64,000 bases of DNA, taken from NCBI GenBank assembly GCA_016463225.1, contig JAEMRT010000005.1, positions 33,363-97,362 of the forward strand, given 5' to 3'. The notes beneath the pieces were generated by a model that saw only the letters and a list, made by a program, of their open reading frames with translations, ran no database searches and had not been told where the DNA came from. The stretch comes from Sphingopyxis sp. (GTDB taxonomy: Bacteria; Pseudomonadota; Alphaproteobacteria; Sphingomonadales; Sphingomonadaceae). The position numbers and the translations under genes are program-made. Shown piece after piece: positions 38,997-49,501 of this stretch (within the stretch, counting starts at the first letter, position 1; each line of letters opens with the position of its first letter).

Positions 38997-40289
38997 CTAT
39001 GTGGCTTGGGGCTTGAGGACGGCCGGCATTTCCTCATTTCGCATGCCGGGCCTCCAAAGGCTGAATGCGATGGCCGGTGCAAAGATAATGGCAAGGATCA
39101 CCAGGAATCCGGCGTGGCTGGTGGCCGCGAAAATCGAGCCTCCTAACGCGGTGCCGACGATGCTCCCAGCTTGGTAGCAGAAGCTCCAGCAGCCATAGGT
39201 GATCGCAAAAAGGGCGGCGCCGAACTGGCGTTTGGTGAGCGTAAGCCACAATATCTCGCAGGCCCCTATTCCCGATCCGATCAGCAATGCGGCGGCGATT
39301 GCCGCCGCGAGATCGGGGGCGACGTCAAGGCGATGCAGTAGCAGCAGTCCGACTGCGATGAACGCCGCCGCTCCGATGCTGGTCCAAACCACTTTCGCCC
39401 GGTCGAGCGTCCAGCCGGCAATCAGGTTGCCGGCCATAGCGCCCGCGGCCACCAGGCCGAGGAGGGTGGCCGCGATCGTTGATGAGAAGCCATAGGCCTC
39501 GAGCAATTCGGGAGCGCTGATGACATAAGCCATCCCGCCGATCCCCACAAAGATTACAGCGAGCGCCATCGGGGCGGCGATGAACGGATCGATGGCCGAG
39601 ATTTGTGTTCGCCAGGCGGGGCGAACACCCTCCGCTTCGGCGCTGCCTGTGTCCGTCCCGGCCTTGTTCCGGACGGCGCTATGCCGGCCAAGCGCGGCAA
39701 CGATCGCTGCGACGATCAGGAGAAGTGAGGCGAGAGCAAGCGATGCGGCTTTCCAGCCCAAGGCGAGGATCGTGGCTTCGGTCGCGGGGGCGAGGATGAG
39801 CCCGCCGAATGAGCCGCCGCAATATGCGGCCGCGATCGCCAGTGAAAAGCGCCGCGAAAACCATTGCGAGACGATCACCGGGATCGACACGACCGCGAAA
39901 ACCTTTCCCGCGCTTGTGATCAGGCGCAGCAGAAACACTTGCCAGAACTCGGTTGTGATCGTGAGAGCGATGAAGGAGCCCGCGATGAGAAGAAGGCCGA
40001 TCAACAGCAGTCGCCATGCGCCAATGCGGTTGAGGATGGGCGCGCTTACCAGCGCGAGGGGAGCGGCCAACCATAGCGCCGATACCAGGCTACCCGACTG
40101 GCTCGTCGACCAACCATGCAACTCCGCGAGTGGCCGGCAAAGAATGATGAACCCGTAGAGGGCCGAGCCATAAAGCACGGTCATCACCGCGAACAGCGTC
40201 AGAACGATCCGCCAGCCCATGTAGGAAAGATGTCCTTCGGGGTCACGCTCTCCGGCGAGGTGTTCAGTATCCGTCACGGGTCTCTCCAA
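38997..40289 (-). CDS. MFS transporter
   Basis: 12 hydrophobic segments; SQWFSRR and GWTLDR motifs. Confidence 0.85.
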   Translation of the reverse strand: MERPVTDTEHLAGERDPEGHLSYMGWRIVLTLFAVMTVLYGSALYGFIILCRPLAELHGWSTSQSGSLVSALWLAAPLALVSAPILNRIGAWRLLLIGLLLIAGSFIALTITTEFWQVFLLRLITSAGKVFAVVSIPVIVSQWFSRRFSLAIAAAYCGGSFGGLILAPATEATILALGWKAASLALASLLLIVAAIVAALGRHSAVRNKAGTDTGSAEAEGVRPAWRTQISAIDPFIAAPMALAVIFVGIGGMAYVISAPELLEAYGFSSTIAATLLGLVAAGAMAGNLIAGWTLDRAKVVWTSIGAAAFIAVGLLLLHRLDVAPDLAAAIAAALLIGSGIGACEILWLTLTKRQFGAALFAITYGCWSFCYQAGSIVGTALGGSIFAATSHAGFLVILAIIFAPAIAFSLWRPGMRNEEMPAVLKPQAT

Positions 40290-40389
40290 GCCAGGCTCTG
40301 CCGATCAATCGGTATCCGCGCTTCGGCTCCCGGTTCGGATTGTTCGAGGCACGCGGTTTCTCTGCGTGCCAATGCCTTTAACTCGAAGA

Positions 40390-40423
40390 TTGGTCAAATG
40401 ACTGAAGTTTGTCAATCATCAAA
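40390..40423. promoter_or_regulatory. Tandem candidate TetR operators upstream of the MFS gene
   Basis: TTGGTC-AAAT-GACTGA and TTTGTC-AATC-ATCAAA, 18-nt period. Confidence 0.6.
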
Positions 40424-40649
40424 ATTTGGCTCATTGGCAATCCGCACGACTACGGAAGTGCTGCCGTTATTCCCGTCGCGAAATAAGCCCAATTGTTCGT
40501 AATATTTTCGGCGATACGGAGAGATTGTCTTTTGCAGGTGCGCACCTGATGATCAGGGGGCGTCTCTACGACAGAAAGCGGAGCGAGCGGCGTCCGCGAG
40601 ATCCTCCTTCTGGCCATGTAGACGGTACGAGGCGGTGACTGGGGCCGAA

Positions 40650-41525
40650 TCAGAGACCCAGGAAGTCGGCGAGTTCTTCGTAGTTATGCTGCCACAGGCT
40701 GCCGCCCGCGGGATTCTTCTGGTGAATAGAACGGAAGCCGATGAGCTGCTGCATCTCCGGTGTCATTTCCCGCGCGACGTCGAGCGGAACGGTGAACGGA
40801 TATGCTTCTTCCGGGACGAGGAACCCCGGATTGTAGGGGCAGCCAATGACTCGCCGCGGCGTATTGACGGTTCGGTTCGCGCCGCCGCCGTGGACCGTCT
40901 TGCCGCTGTAGAAGACAGCGGACCCGGCCTTCATCGCCGCCGGGACGGTCATCTCTTGAGAGAATTCGCGGTCGAAAGGCCACTTGTGGCTGCCGGGGAT
41001 GATGCGCGTAGCGCCATTTTCATCGGTCGCGTCCACAAGTGCCACGATCAAATTGACCATGACCTCGGGGCCGTCCGGGCCAAATGTGGCGAATACGGGG
41101 TAATTGCCGACGTCCCGGTGGAGGATCTGGAGATCCTCGCCAGGCATCAATTCGATCACCTGGGCGGTGTTCAGCCAGAAGCTATCGGAGACGCCCGCAT
41201 AGACGGCGCGCACATATCCTAACGTCGTGGGATGCCCGAGGACGGCGTCGCGGAAGGTCTTGCTGATCGAGACGATGTTGGTCAGGCGCTTCGTTTTGTC
41301 ACCGTGAAATTCCTTGACGATTTCGTCGTCCTTGAGCGATCCTGCCTGCAAGCTCGCCAGGTGCGGGTCGAGGTCCGCATTGACCTGAGCGATCTGGTCC
41401 GTCGACAGGACATCGTCGAAGATCAGTACGCCATCGCGGTCCATGACCGCCATGACCTCTTCAGGGCTCGCGCCCCAGGGAAGGTGCACAATTTCCCGAG
41501 TCGCCGGGTCGAGCGTCTGAAGCAT
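40650..41525 (-). CDS. Phytanoyl-CoA dioxygenase (PhyH) family Fe(II)/2-oxoglutarate dioxygenase
   Basis: QILHRD (HxD), NGATRIIPGSHKW and VHGGGANRT...RR. Confidence 0.9.
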   Translation of the reverse strand: MLQTLDPATREIVHLPWGASPEEVMAVMDRDGVLIFDDVLSTDQIAQVNADLDPHLASLQAGSLKDDEIVKEFHGDKTKRLTNIVSISKTFRDAVLGHPTTLGYVRAVYAGVSDSFWLNTAQVIELMPGEDLQILHRDVGNYPVFATFGPDGPEVMVNLIVALVDATDENGATRIIPGSHKWPFDREFSQEMTVPAAMKAGSAVFYSGKTVHGGGANRTVNTPRRVIGCPYNPGFLVPEEAYPFTVPLDVAREMTPEMQQLIGFRSIHQKNPAGGSLWQHNYEELADFLGL

Positions 41526-41574
41526 TTTCGGAGCCTTTCGATGAACAATGGAATCGCGTGAATTGCGGCGAAGA

Positions 41575-41608
41575 TTTGTCCTGTGACAGAAATTTGTCAA
41601 CAGTCAAA
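41575..41608. promoter_or_regulatory. Tandem candidate TetR operators
   Basis: TTTGTC-CTGT-GACAGA and TTTGTC-AACA-GTCAAA, 18-nt period. Confidence 0.7.
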
Positions 41609-41925
41609 ATTTGATCAACCGTCGGCGATCAGCCCGCAGCGCTCGCAAACTGTCCATGATTTCCGTTCGACCGGACGTGACCCGCAGGATATGGCAAGCG
41701 AAAGTGGCGTGTGGCGCCGTCCGCTGCCAGCCACCCCTTGTCCGCCCGTGCCGATTGCGCATTGCCCCGTCCGCTCGCGGGCCCCCTTGGGAAGGGCGGG
41801 CAGCGTGCTCGCCCCGGTTGGAAACCGATATGCTCTAGGGGTTGAATAGGCGCCGCCTATTTGGTCTATGTCAGTTTCTATAGATCGCGAGAGTTTCTCG
41901 CTTGGAAAGAGACATTGTGTCGGAG

Positions 41926-42594
41926 ATGAAATTCTCAGTTGACCGCTTTGTGCCTCGTGAGGGCGGCTATGCGCGTGGAGCGGACGGGCACGAGCTGATT
42001 CTCAAGACGGCCTTGTCCGTCATGATCGACCATGGCTACAAGGCGATGACCCTGCGCCGCATCGCCGCGGAATGCGGCCTGAAGGCCGGGCATATCTCCT
42101 ATTATTTCAAATCGAAGGACGATCTCGTCCGCGCATTGCTCAAGATGATCACTGGGAGTTACAACGAAGCGATCGAGGCAATGGCCGAAAAGGCAGGTGA
42201 CGACCCTGAGAAAAAGCTCAAGAATCTGATCCGGTTCATGCTTGAAGACGGCCGAACGAAACAGGCGGCGTATCTTTTTCCCGAGCTCTGGGCGCTCGCC
42301 AATCACGACCCTTTCGTGCAGACGTGCGTCGAGGAGATGTATGTCGCGGAACAGGGCCATTTCGAGGAAATTATCGCGGAACTGAATCCCGCGCTGGGGG
42401 ACGAGGATCGAAAGAACGCCGCTGTCCTGATCTTGTCGTCGCTGGAAGGAGTCGCGATATTCGCGGGCTATGGAAAGACTTGGGAAGAGCGCATGGATGC
42501 GCTGGAGGAAATGGCCTGCGATTGCTTCGTGGCGTTCGTGAAGGCGATGAAACCTGGCGACGCGGTGGCCACTGACGGGCTTTCCATCGCCTGA
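41926..42594 (+). CDS. TetR/AcrR-family regulator
   Basis: TLRRIAAECGLKAGHISYYFKSKDDL HTH. Confidence 0.92.
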   Translation: MKFSVDRFVPREGGYARGADGHELILKTALSVMIDHGYKAMTLRRIAAECGLKAGHISYYFKSKDDLVRALLKMITGSYNEAIEAMAEKAGDDPEKKLKNLIRFMLEDGRTKQAAYLFPELWALANHDPFVQTCVEEMYVAEQGHFEEIIAELNPALGDEDRKNAAVLILSSLEGVAIFAGYGKTWEERMDALEEMACDCFVAFVKAMKPGDAVATDGLSIA

Positions 42595-43023
42595 CGCCTT
42601 AATTCCGGATTGATGAACGGCGAATGCGGACGGAGTTTGCCTCCGCCTGTTCGAAGAGGTGTCGCTAGAGGCTTGGTCGTTCCCCAAGCGGACGCTGCCT
42701 TACGCGCAGCGGAAAACCGGGCCGGTCATCATCGCATGAGGCCGCGCGCAAGGCGAGAAGAGCCTGTAGGCGTCTCGAATAGATTCTGACTTCTCCCAGC
42801 GAGCGTGCCGGCGTGTCCTTGCTCGATGCCGCTACGCCATGCGCCCGTTGTGCCCCTCGATGTCGGTCAGGGCCGCGTCGGAGGTGAGTCCGCGTACAAG
42901 CGACCTGGCTCCAATTCTGCATCATCGCGATACGTCCATTGGGTCAGCCTCCGTCATTCGGAGCTGGTCGACTGCCCGTAATTTCGACCTGCGGTCACGC
43001 TGCAAAGGCTCCACCAATTTAAT

Positions 43024-43057
43024 CTTGACGAACGACAAAGATTAGTCAAACGTCAAA
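43024..43057. promoter_or_regulatory. Tandem candidate TetR operators upstream of the second TBDR
   Basis: CTTGAC-GAAC-GACAAA and TTAGTC-AAAC-GTCAAA, 18-nt period. Confidence 0.7.
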
Positions 43058-43246
43058 AAAGTGACATGGAAAGACTCGCCCGGACCAGGGCTGGTGGGAA
43101 AAAGACCGAATGAGGGGGCTTCCAGATCGCGTTGCCCGACGGTGCGACGACGAATTCCTCGGCTGATGAATGCGGTCCGCTCCCTCAAAGTCTCCGTCTC
43201 ACGGTGAATTAGGCTTTGATAATGTGATAAAATGAAGGGGACTGAG

Positions 43247-45712
43247 ATGGACATGAGTGGCCTGAATTTCCGGAATCGGGATCGATCGACATTTGCGCGG
43301 CGCAGGGCCCTGCTCATGAGTCAGCTGCTCATCAGTGCGGGGCTTGGGATAAGTGTCGCCCCGGCCGCGTTCGCTGAGGAAACGCCCGTGTCGGCCGAAG
43401 CGGACGCCGCCGGATTCTCGGGTGAAATCGTCGTGACCGCCAACCGGCGTGAGCAGGACATCACGTCGATCCCTTACAACATCTCGGCCATCGGCGCCGA
43501 TCAACTCGCGGCGACGGGTGTCCAGTCGGTGGCGGATCTGGCGCAGCAGGTGCCTGGGCTCGCGATCAACAGCGCGGGCGGCCGATATGTTTCGGTCCAG
43601 ACACCAATCATCCGCGGCCTGAACGCGTCGTCTTCCGCACGCAATTTTGCTTATGGCCAGGCTCCGGTTACCACCTATCTCGGCAATGTCGCGGTCAACG
43701 GCTATTTTCCGGTGGACGACGTCGCGCGGGTCGAGGTCCTGCGCGGACCGCAGGGGACGCTCTATGGTGGTGGCTCGCTCGGCGGCGCGCTTCGCCTGAT
43801 CCCGAACGATCCGAAGATCGGCGAATTCGAGGGCTATGTCGGTATCCGTGCCGCGCTCGTCTCGCATTCGAGAGACTGGGACCGCTCGGTGAACGGGCTG
43901 GTGAACATTCCGCTCGGCGATACCGCGGCGCTGCGCGTCAGCGGCAAGATCGAACATAGCGCGGGCTTCATCGACCAGTCCGGAATCATGCAAACGCAGG
44001 GTAATGCGGTAAGCGCCCCCGTTCTCGCCGATCCTTCCGATGTCGCGGGCAGTTCAGCGGTCTATTATGACAAGCTGGACGTGAATTATAACAAGAACCG
44101 CAGCGTGCGTGCGTCGCTGCTCTGGGAACCGAGTTCTGACTTCAAGATCGTCGCGGCGTATAATTTCTCGCGCGATACGGGCGAGGGCGGTCCGGTCGAC
44201 AATCCCAATTATGCGGGCGGCACAAGCTCGGTCGATCCGCGGATCACCTTCCCGGCCACGGGCGAATATCAACAGGTGAACAATGTGCGCGAGCCTTACA
44301 GCCGCTCGTCGCATCTCGGCAGCCTCGACATGAGCTATGACGCGGGCTTTGCGACCCTCTCGACGACGACGAGCTATTTCGATTCGGCCGGCGACTATGT
44401 CAACGACTCCACGTTCGGCTATCTCTCGCTGCCGCCCGCCTATCTGGCCTATTATATCGGAAACCCGTTCAATCCGCGCTTTGTCGCGATGAGCCGCCGA
44501 AACGACAGCACCAAGACCTTCGTCCAGGAAGTCCGCCTCGTTTCGAACGGGAGCAATACCATCGACTATGTCGTTGGCCTCTACTACGAAAATTCGCGCC
44601 AGCGGAAGGATCTCAATTATTTCGGGCCGGGTACAACCGAGCAGACGACTGCGGCGGGCTCACCAGTCTTGACCGGGCCCAATGGCGAATTCGCTCCCTA
44701 TTTGACGAGTTCGCGCTTTCGCGAAGTGGCAGCTTTTGGCGAGGTGACGTGGAATATCTCGCCGCGTTTCCAGCTTACCGGCGGCGGACGCGTTTTTTCC
44801 CAACGCTTCTCCAGCAACCTCGACTTCATCCTGTATCCCTTCGGCCTTGCCGAGCAGTCGGATGCAAAGACCAAGGTCACCGACGCAATCTTCAAGGTGA
44901 ACGCGTCCTATGAGTTTGCCGATTATAACCGCGTTTACGCCACCTTCTCGCAGGGGTTCCGTCGCGGCGGGACGAACGCGTTCGCGACGACGGGGATCTT
45001 CGCCGAGCCTGCGGAACTTTCGGCTTACACACCCGATACGGTCGACAATTATGAAGTCGGCGTGAAGGGGCGGCTCGGCGGGGGGCTCAGCTATACCGTC
45101 AGCCTCTTCTACGACAATTGGAAGAACCCGCAGATCGATTCCTTTACTCCGGTCAATGTCTGGTACGCGGTGATCAACGGGTCGAAGGCCCGGTCAAAGG
45201 GTATCGAGATCGAAGCAAGCGGCCCGATCGGCGGGGGCTTCAGCTTCTCCGCAGGCTATGCGCTCGCGGACGCCAAGTTTACGGACGCCTTCTGCGCCCC
45301 GGTGGGCAATGGTGGGGGCGGGGTGCTGCCCTGCGGCATCTCCGGCGACAAGGGGACGAGGTTGCCCGGTTCGCCGAAGCACAGCGGTGCAGCCAATCTC
45401 AACTATGAAACCGACATCTCGCCCGGCTTCCAGTTCGATGCGACGGTGAATGTGAACTATCGCGGCAGCGTATACAATAACCTGCCGGGCGCGATCGGAA
45501 CCTATCTGCATCCCGACTATTGGCTGGTCAATGCGTCTGCGGGCTGGACTCACGGGCCGCTGCGCTTCTCGGTTTTCGCGGAAAACCTCTTCGACAAGCG
45601 TGCGAGCCTTGGCGTCGATCTGCGCACCTCGCCGCTGGTCATCGGGCTGTCGCGACGTGAAACGATCATCTCGCCGCGGTCGGTCGGCGCGAAGGTGCAG
45701 TTCAATTTCTAG
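43247..45712 (+). CDS. TonB-dependent receptor
   Basis: EIVVTANRR, RVEVLRGPQGTLYG and C-terminal QFNF. Confidence 0.95.
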   Translation: MDMSGLNFRNRDRSTFARRRALLMSQLLISAGLGISVAPAAFAEETPVSAEADAAGFSGEIVVTANRREQDITSIPYNISAIGADQLAATGVQSVADLAQQVPGLAINSAGGRYVSVQTPIIRGLNASSSARNFAYGQAPVTTYLGNVAVNGYFPVDDVARVEVLRGPQGTLYGGGSLGGALRLIPNDPKIGEFEGYVGIRAALVSHSRDWDRSVNGLVNIPLGDTAALRVSGKIEHSAGFIDQSGIMQTQGNAVSAPVLADPSDVAGSSAVYYDKLDVNYNKNRSVRASLLWEPSSDFKIVAAYNFSRDTGEGGPVDNPNYAGGTSSVDPRITFPATGEYQQVNNVREPYSRSSHLGSLDMSYDAGFATLSTTTSYFDSAGDYVNDSTFGYLSLPPAYLAYYIGNPFNPRFVAMSRRNDSTKTFVQEVRLVSNGSNTIDYVVGLYYENSRQRKDLNYFGPGTTEQTTAAGSPVLTGPNGEFAPYLTSSRFREVAAFGEVTWNISPRFQLTGGGRVFSQRFSSNLDFILYPFGLAEQSDAKTKVTDAIFKVNASYEFADYNRVYATFSQGFRRGGTNAFATTGIFAEPAELSAYTPDTVDNYEVGVKGRLGGGLSYTVSLFYDNWKNPQIDSFTPVNVWYAVINGSKARSKGIEIEASGPIGGGFSFSAGYALADAKFTDAFCAPVGNGGGGVLPCGISGDKGTRLPGSPKHSGAANLNYETDISPGFQFDATVNVNYRGSVYNNLPGAIGTYLHPDYWLVNASAGWTHGPLRFSVFAENLFDKRASLGVDLRTSPLVIGLSRRETIISPRSVGAKVQFNF

Positions 45713-45885
45713 CTAATATGGCCGATCGGGTCTGGATTGGGGTGGCTGGTGGACACCATCCGCCAATTCAGGCCCGCACCGGGGGCTCTCCCACCCGGCT
45801 GTGCGAGGCGGCAACGTCTCAAGCCGCCTCGCACATTTTCTTCAGCGCTGCGCCAGACCATATGGCCGGCGAAAAGCCGGATGGC

Positions 45886-47352
45886 TCAGATTTTGCTGTC
45901 CAGATCGTCGAGCCGGATGCCGTTTCGCTCAAGCTCGCGAGAAAGAGGCGCAAGCTGTTTCCCATAGGCGCTCGATGACCCCGAAGAGCTTGTGTAAATC
46001 GAACCGCGTACTTGCGAAGCGCTGGCGGTGAAAGACGGCGCGGCATTTTTTGCGAGGTCGAGCGCCTCATCCGACCAGATCAACCCGCAGCGCGCGGCGA
46101 GGTTCTTCGCGACCTCCTCCGGGGACCTAACGAGATCATCATAGGTGATTTCGTTGAGGCGACCCGGAAGTGTCTGGCGCCAGTGTCCCATCAGCCGGTC
46201 ATAGGCCGCATAATATCGGGCAAGGTCGTGGAAATCGTAGCTGAAGGGATAGGCCTGGCCGAAAAGCGTCCGGAACATGGCGAAACAACTGTCCAAAGCG
46301 GGGCGCCGGACGTGGATCAGTTTGGCGTCCGGCAATGCTTTCGCGATCAAGCCCACATATAGATAATTGAGCGGCAGCTTTTCGATCGTCGCGCAGGAGA
46401 TCGAGCCGCCGCTCAGCCTGTCGTAATCGCCGCCGACGTTGCCGAACGAGGCGTTTGCGCTGCGCGCGATCAAATCGCCGGGGCCGGGTGGCGTGTTCCG
46501 AACAAGCGCAGATGTAAAATTGTCGGTTTCGCCGTTTGAGCGGACATCGGGAAGCGCGCTCAAGATGCGTTCGACCAACGTCGTTCCGGAACGCGGGAGG
46601 CCAAAGATGAAGATGTGTTTGCCTTCAGGCTTGCCGGGGTCGGTGCCTTCGAACCACTCCTGCGTAAAGATGCGTGCGATCCTCGCAAGCTTCTCTTCAT
46701 CGACCGCGACATCATATTGCAGGCTTCGGCGGCGAGCCGCCGCGCCCTCCTCGAACGATGCGAAGGCGTCCGCGTGCTGACCCAGGTCGTGGAGTTCCTT
46801 GCCTAGCGCATAGCCGACGAACATGCGCGACCGGTCATTGCCGGCATCCCGGCGGCGCTGTTTCAGGTCGCGAACATTATTCTGCGCCGACGTGGCCTTC
46901 GAAAGCTCGGAGCGCAGCAGCAGGGTGGGAAGCGCCGATGGATCGAGGGCGAGCGCGCGCTGCGCCGCCGATGCCGCAGCCGCCAGATCGCCGAGGCTTC
47001 GCTCGCTCGTCGCCAGATTGTAGAGAATCTGCGCGTCGTCGGGCGCCGCGGCCGAAGCGTCGCGGTACAAGCTGTTGGACAGTCGATGCTTGCCGAGGCT
47101 CCGTGCGAAATAGGCTAGGGCGTCGAGCGCATCCGCCGACGTCGGCCTGGCTGCGACGGCTGTGTCGAGCCTTGCCAATGCTTCGTCGTGACGTCCCAGC
47201 AGGATGAGGACATCGAGTTCGAGCACCTCGGCTTCGCCAAAGTGCTCATCGAAACCAGTCAGCCCGGAAAGGCGTTTCAGCGCGTCGTCAAACTGGCGTT
47301 GCCGAACAAGGAGCCGCACTTCTGCGAGAAGGGCTTTCGGATCAGCCGTCAC
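45886..47352 (-). CDS. TPR-containing sulfotransferase
   Basis: N-terminal TPR-like helices; PAPS-binding GLPRSGTTL; EKLPLN; RRPALDSCFA; TASASQVR. Confidence 0.9.
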   Translation of the reverse strand: MTADPKALLAEVRLLVRQRQFDDALKRLSGLTGFDEHFGEAEVLELDVLILLGRHDEALARLDTAVAARPTSADALDALAYFARSLGKHRLSNSLYRDASAAAPDDAQILYNLATSERSLGDLAAAASAAQRALALDPSALPTLLLRSELSKATSAQNNVRDLKQRRRDAGNDRSRMFVGYALGKELHDLGQHADAFASFEEGAAARRRSLQYDVAVDEEKLARIARIFTQEWFEGTDPGKPEGKHIFIFGLPRSGTTLVERILSALPDVRSNGETDNFTSALVRNTPPGPGDLIARSANASFGNVGGDYDRLSGGSISCATIEKLPLNYLYVGLIAKALPDAKLIHVRRPALDSCFAMFRTLFGQAYPFSYDFHDLARYYAAYDRLMGHWRQTLPGRLNEITYDDLVRSPEEVAKNLAARCGLIWSDEALDLAKNAAPSFTASASQVRGSIYTSSSGSSSAYGKQLAPLSRELERNGIRLDDLDSKI

Positions 47353-47464
47353 GGCGCGCCTCCACCGCTTCGTCAGCCTGTCGCGCCGACGCACACACGG
47401 CGACGTCCACTGCGTGAACGCCATCGACCCGCCGCCTGGCGATCAGCATCTTGTAGTCAGGCAT
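47342..47464 (-). pseudogene. Probable relic of an aldehyde dehydrogenase N-terminus
   Basis: Strong RBS followed by MPDYKMLIARRRVDGVHAVDVAVCASARQADEAVEARRDG*, which resembles the start of ALDH proteins. Confidence 0.4.
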
Positions 47465-47566
47465 GCCCTCTCTCCGATCATCTTTATGGATGGGCCGGAC
47501 GTCGCTGCTCGGCTGCCACCACCCGGCTAAGTGAGGCGCATTCAGCGTCCAACAACATTAAAAAAA

Positions 47567-47600
47567 TTATGCAGTCGTCAAAAGTTTGTCAAATGTAAAA
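47567..47600. promoter_or_regulatory. Tandem candidate TetR operators
   Basis: TTATGC-AGTC-GTCAAA and TTTGTC-AAAT-GTAAAA, 18-nt period. Confidence 0.55.
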
Positions 47601-47660
47601 AATCTCTTGCTGTTCACATGTGATGCGTTGAATATATGTCCAGCAAGAGGACCGGAAATT

Positions 47661-48326
47661 TTGAGCGGCATAATAGTTCCCGACCTGACAGTCGCACTCC
47701 GCCCCGGGGGTTATGCACGAGGTCAGGAGGGCTTCGAACAGATTTTACGCGCCGCATTGTCGCTCTTGGTGGACCATGGCGCCTCGGCCCTTACCCTTCG
47801 CCGTATCGCCGCCGCCGCGGGGATGAATCTCGGCAGCCTCAACTATTATTTCAAATCGAAGAAAGACCTTATCCGCGAGCTGCTGAACGCCATTATCAGC
47901 AGCTACGAGGGCGCCTATCACCAGATTGTCCACGTACCGGGAGCGAGCGCGGAAGATCGCCTCGAGAGTCTGATCACGCTCACGCTCGAAGATAACACGA
48001 CGAAGAAGACGACGCGCTTCTTCCCCGAACTCTGGGCCATGGCGAATCACGATCCTTTTATTCACGAACGGATGACCGAGCTCTACGATCGGGCGCGCGT
48101 CTCGTTTAACGAACTGATCGGCGAGATCAACACCGACCTCGCAAGCGATCAGCGCGAGGCTTTGGCGCTGTTTATTTCTGCTTCGATGGAGGGGATGATC
48201 GTGTTTGCCGGGTATGAAAAGCCATGGCGTCCTCAAATGCCCATGCTGCAGGCCATATCCCGAAAATCCTTTGTTCAACTGGTGCGAACGCTACGGCCCG
48301 AAGATATGCTCGGCGCGACGGATTGA
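47661..48326 (+). CDS. TetR/AcrR-family regulator, paralogue of 41926-42594
   Basis: Shares GGYARG, DHG..A.TLRRIAA, YYFKSK.DL and FPELWA.ANHDPF with the first TetR. Start codon uncertain. Confidence 0.9.
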   Translation: MSGIIVPDLTVALRPGGYARGQEGFEQILRAALSLLVDHGASALTLRRIAAAAGMNLGSLNYYFKSKKDLIRELLNAIISSYEGAYHQIVHVPGASAEDRLESLITLTLEDNTTKKTTRFFPELWAMANHDPFIHERMTELYDRARVSFNELIGEINTDLASDQREALALFISASMEGMIVFAGYEKPWRPQMPMLQAISRKSFVQLVRTLRPEDMLGATD

Positions 48327-48630
48327 GGTGCGTGCACTCTGGCATCGCTCGCTCGAGATGGTAATATTTGTCATTCTAGATAAGTTTCCTTCGAGGAAAA
48401 TATAATTCAAGATCAATGAATTGAGGGGGATGGGCGAATGGCTCTCAGCACTGGTGAGCAACCTTCAAACGACCAATGGCCCGCCATGGTGCGCTGGTCT
48501 TCAATTTCCTCGCAGCGTCGTCGGTAAAGTTCGCCGGCATCGTGCAGCGCAAGATTTCGGGCACCATCGACTTGCCAGAACATTTGCTTGTTCACGCGTC
48601 AGGGTTGCGGGTCGGCATCGGATCCTGCTG

Positions 48631-49122
48631 ATGGGGCTATTGAGCGCCTCCGTTACGACCATGTTGATCTTGGTGCTACTCGGGGCTGCGATACGCAAGT
48701 TGATGTCTGTCAACCGGCTCGCTTCGGCAGCTACCCGGCTGGTTGGAGCGTCTTAGGAATTCGAGCGCGTCCCCAGCTTCTCGGCCTTCATCTGCGAAAT
48801 GGGTGCGGCGGTCGCTATCCTTTATCCTTCAACCCGGCAATTTGGCTTCGCAGCCGCCGCGATGCTTTGGGGAACTTATGCAGCTTTGGCTTGGCACGCC
48901 AGGCGCCGGGGAGAAGTGTTTGACTATGGTTGCATCTTTACGCGGGACACGCCGCGGGATGACCGTTTGCCGGTTCTCCGCGCAGCCATTCTGGCTCTGT
49001 GCGCTGTGGGTGCGGCGTTGTTTCCCGTCGACCCGGTCTTTGAGCTGCCGGTACTTTTCGCGGGCATAGTCTTTTTCGGTTTGCTCGTTGCGGCGGACGA
49101 AATCGCCGCGCTTCCCCGCTAG
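48631..49122 (+). pseudogene. MauE/DoxX-like membrane protein copy 1, with an in-frame TAG
   Basis: Colinear with 49817-50329. TAG at 48754-48756 where the intact copy has TTG; FDCGCCF has become FDYGCIF. Confidence 0.8.
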
Positions 49123-49156
49123 TCCGGTGCCATTTGAGACAAATTAGGCCGCTTGA

Positions 49157-49343
49157 GACCAGAAATCGCAGGTATTGTCGCTCAAGGGTGTCCACAGACC
49201 CGACCGCAACTGGTAACTGGCGGCGAAGTTCGCGCGCCGTGACGGTGAGGCGTGACTTGGCCGGGGAACGGGTCAATGGTCCGATTCCGCGGCGACATTT
49301 GTCGCGGTGCAAGCTCGCTATGAGCTGAGAACCCAATGTCGTG
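49157..49343 (+). pseudogene. Decayed fragment homologous to the 3' region of the large beta-barrel gene (62795-62981)
   Basis: Ungapped nucleotide alignment at offset 13638 (for example cacagacccgaccgcaactgg vs cacagacccgatcgcaactgg), with in-frame stops. Confidence 0.88.
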
Positions 49344-49501
49344 GTGCCGGTAACCTGACGCTGCTCCGCGAGACCGAGGACGGCGACGCATTGCCGTCAA
49401 GGACTGCTCCGACATTGGCGAGGCGCTCGCCCGATTGTTTTGGATTCGATGCGGTATTTTTCGCTTGGGCAGTTCTTTGCGAGATCGAGTCATCGGAAAT
49501 A

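Noticed and set aside
42600-43020. Small ORFs between the TetR and the second TBDR
   Set aside because: No motifs or convincing RBS; probably intergenic or decayed DNA.
7471-48756. Two in-frame TAG codons (ferredoxin and MauE copy 1) as evidence for amber recoding
   Set aside because: TAG ends normal genes in the window (for example at 7204, 17752 and 45712), no pyl genes or suppressor tRNA are visible, and MauE copy 1 has also lost its Cys motif.
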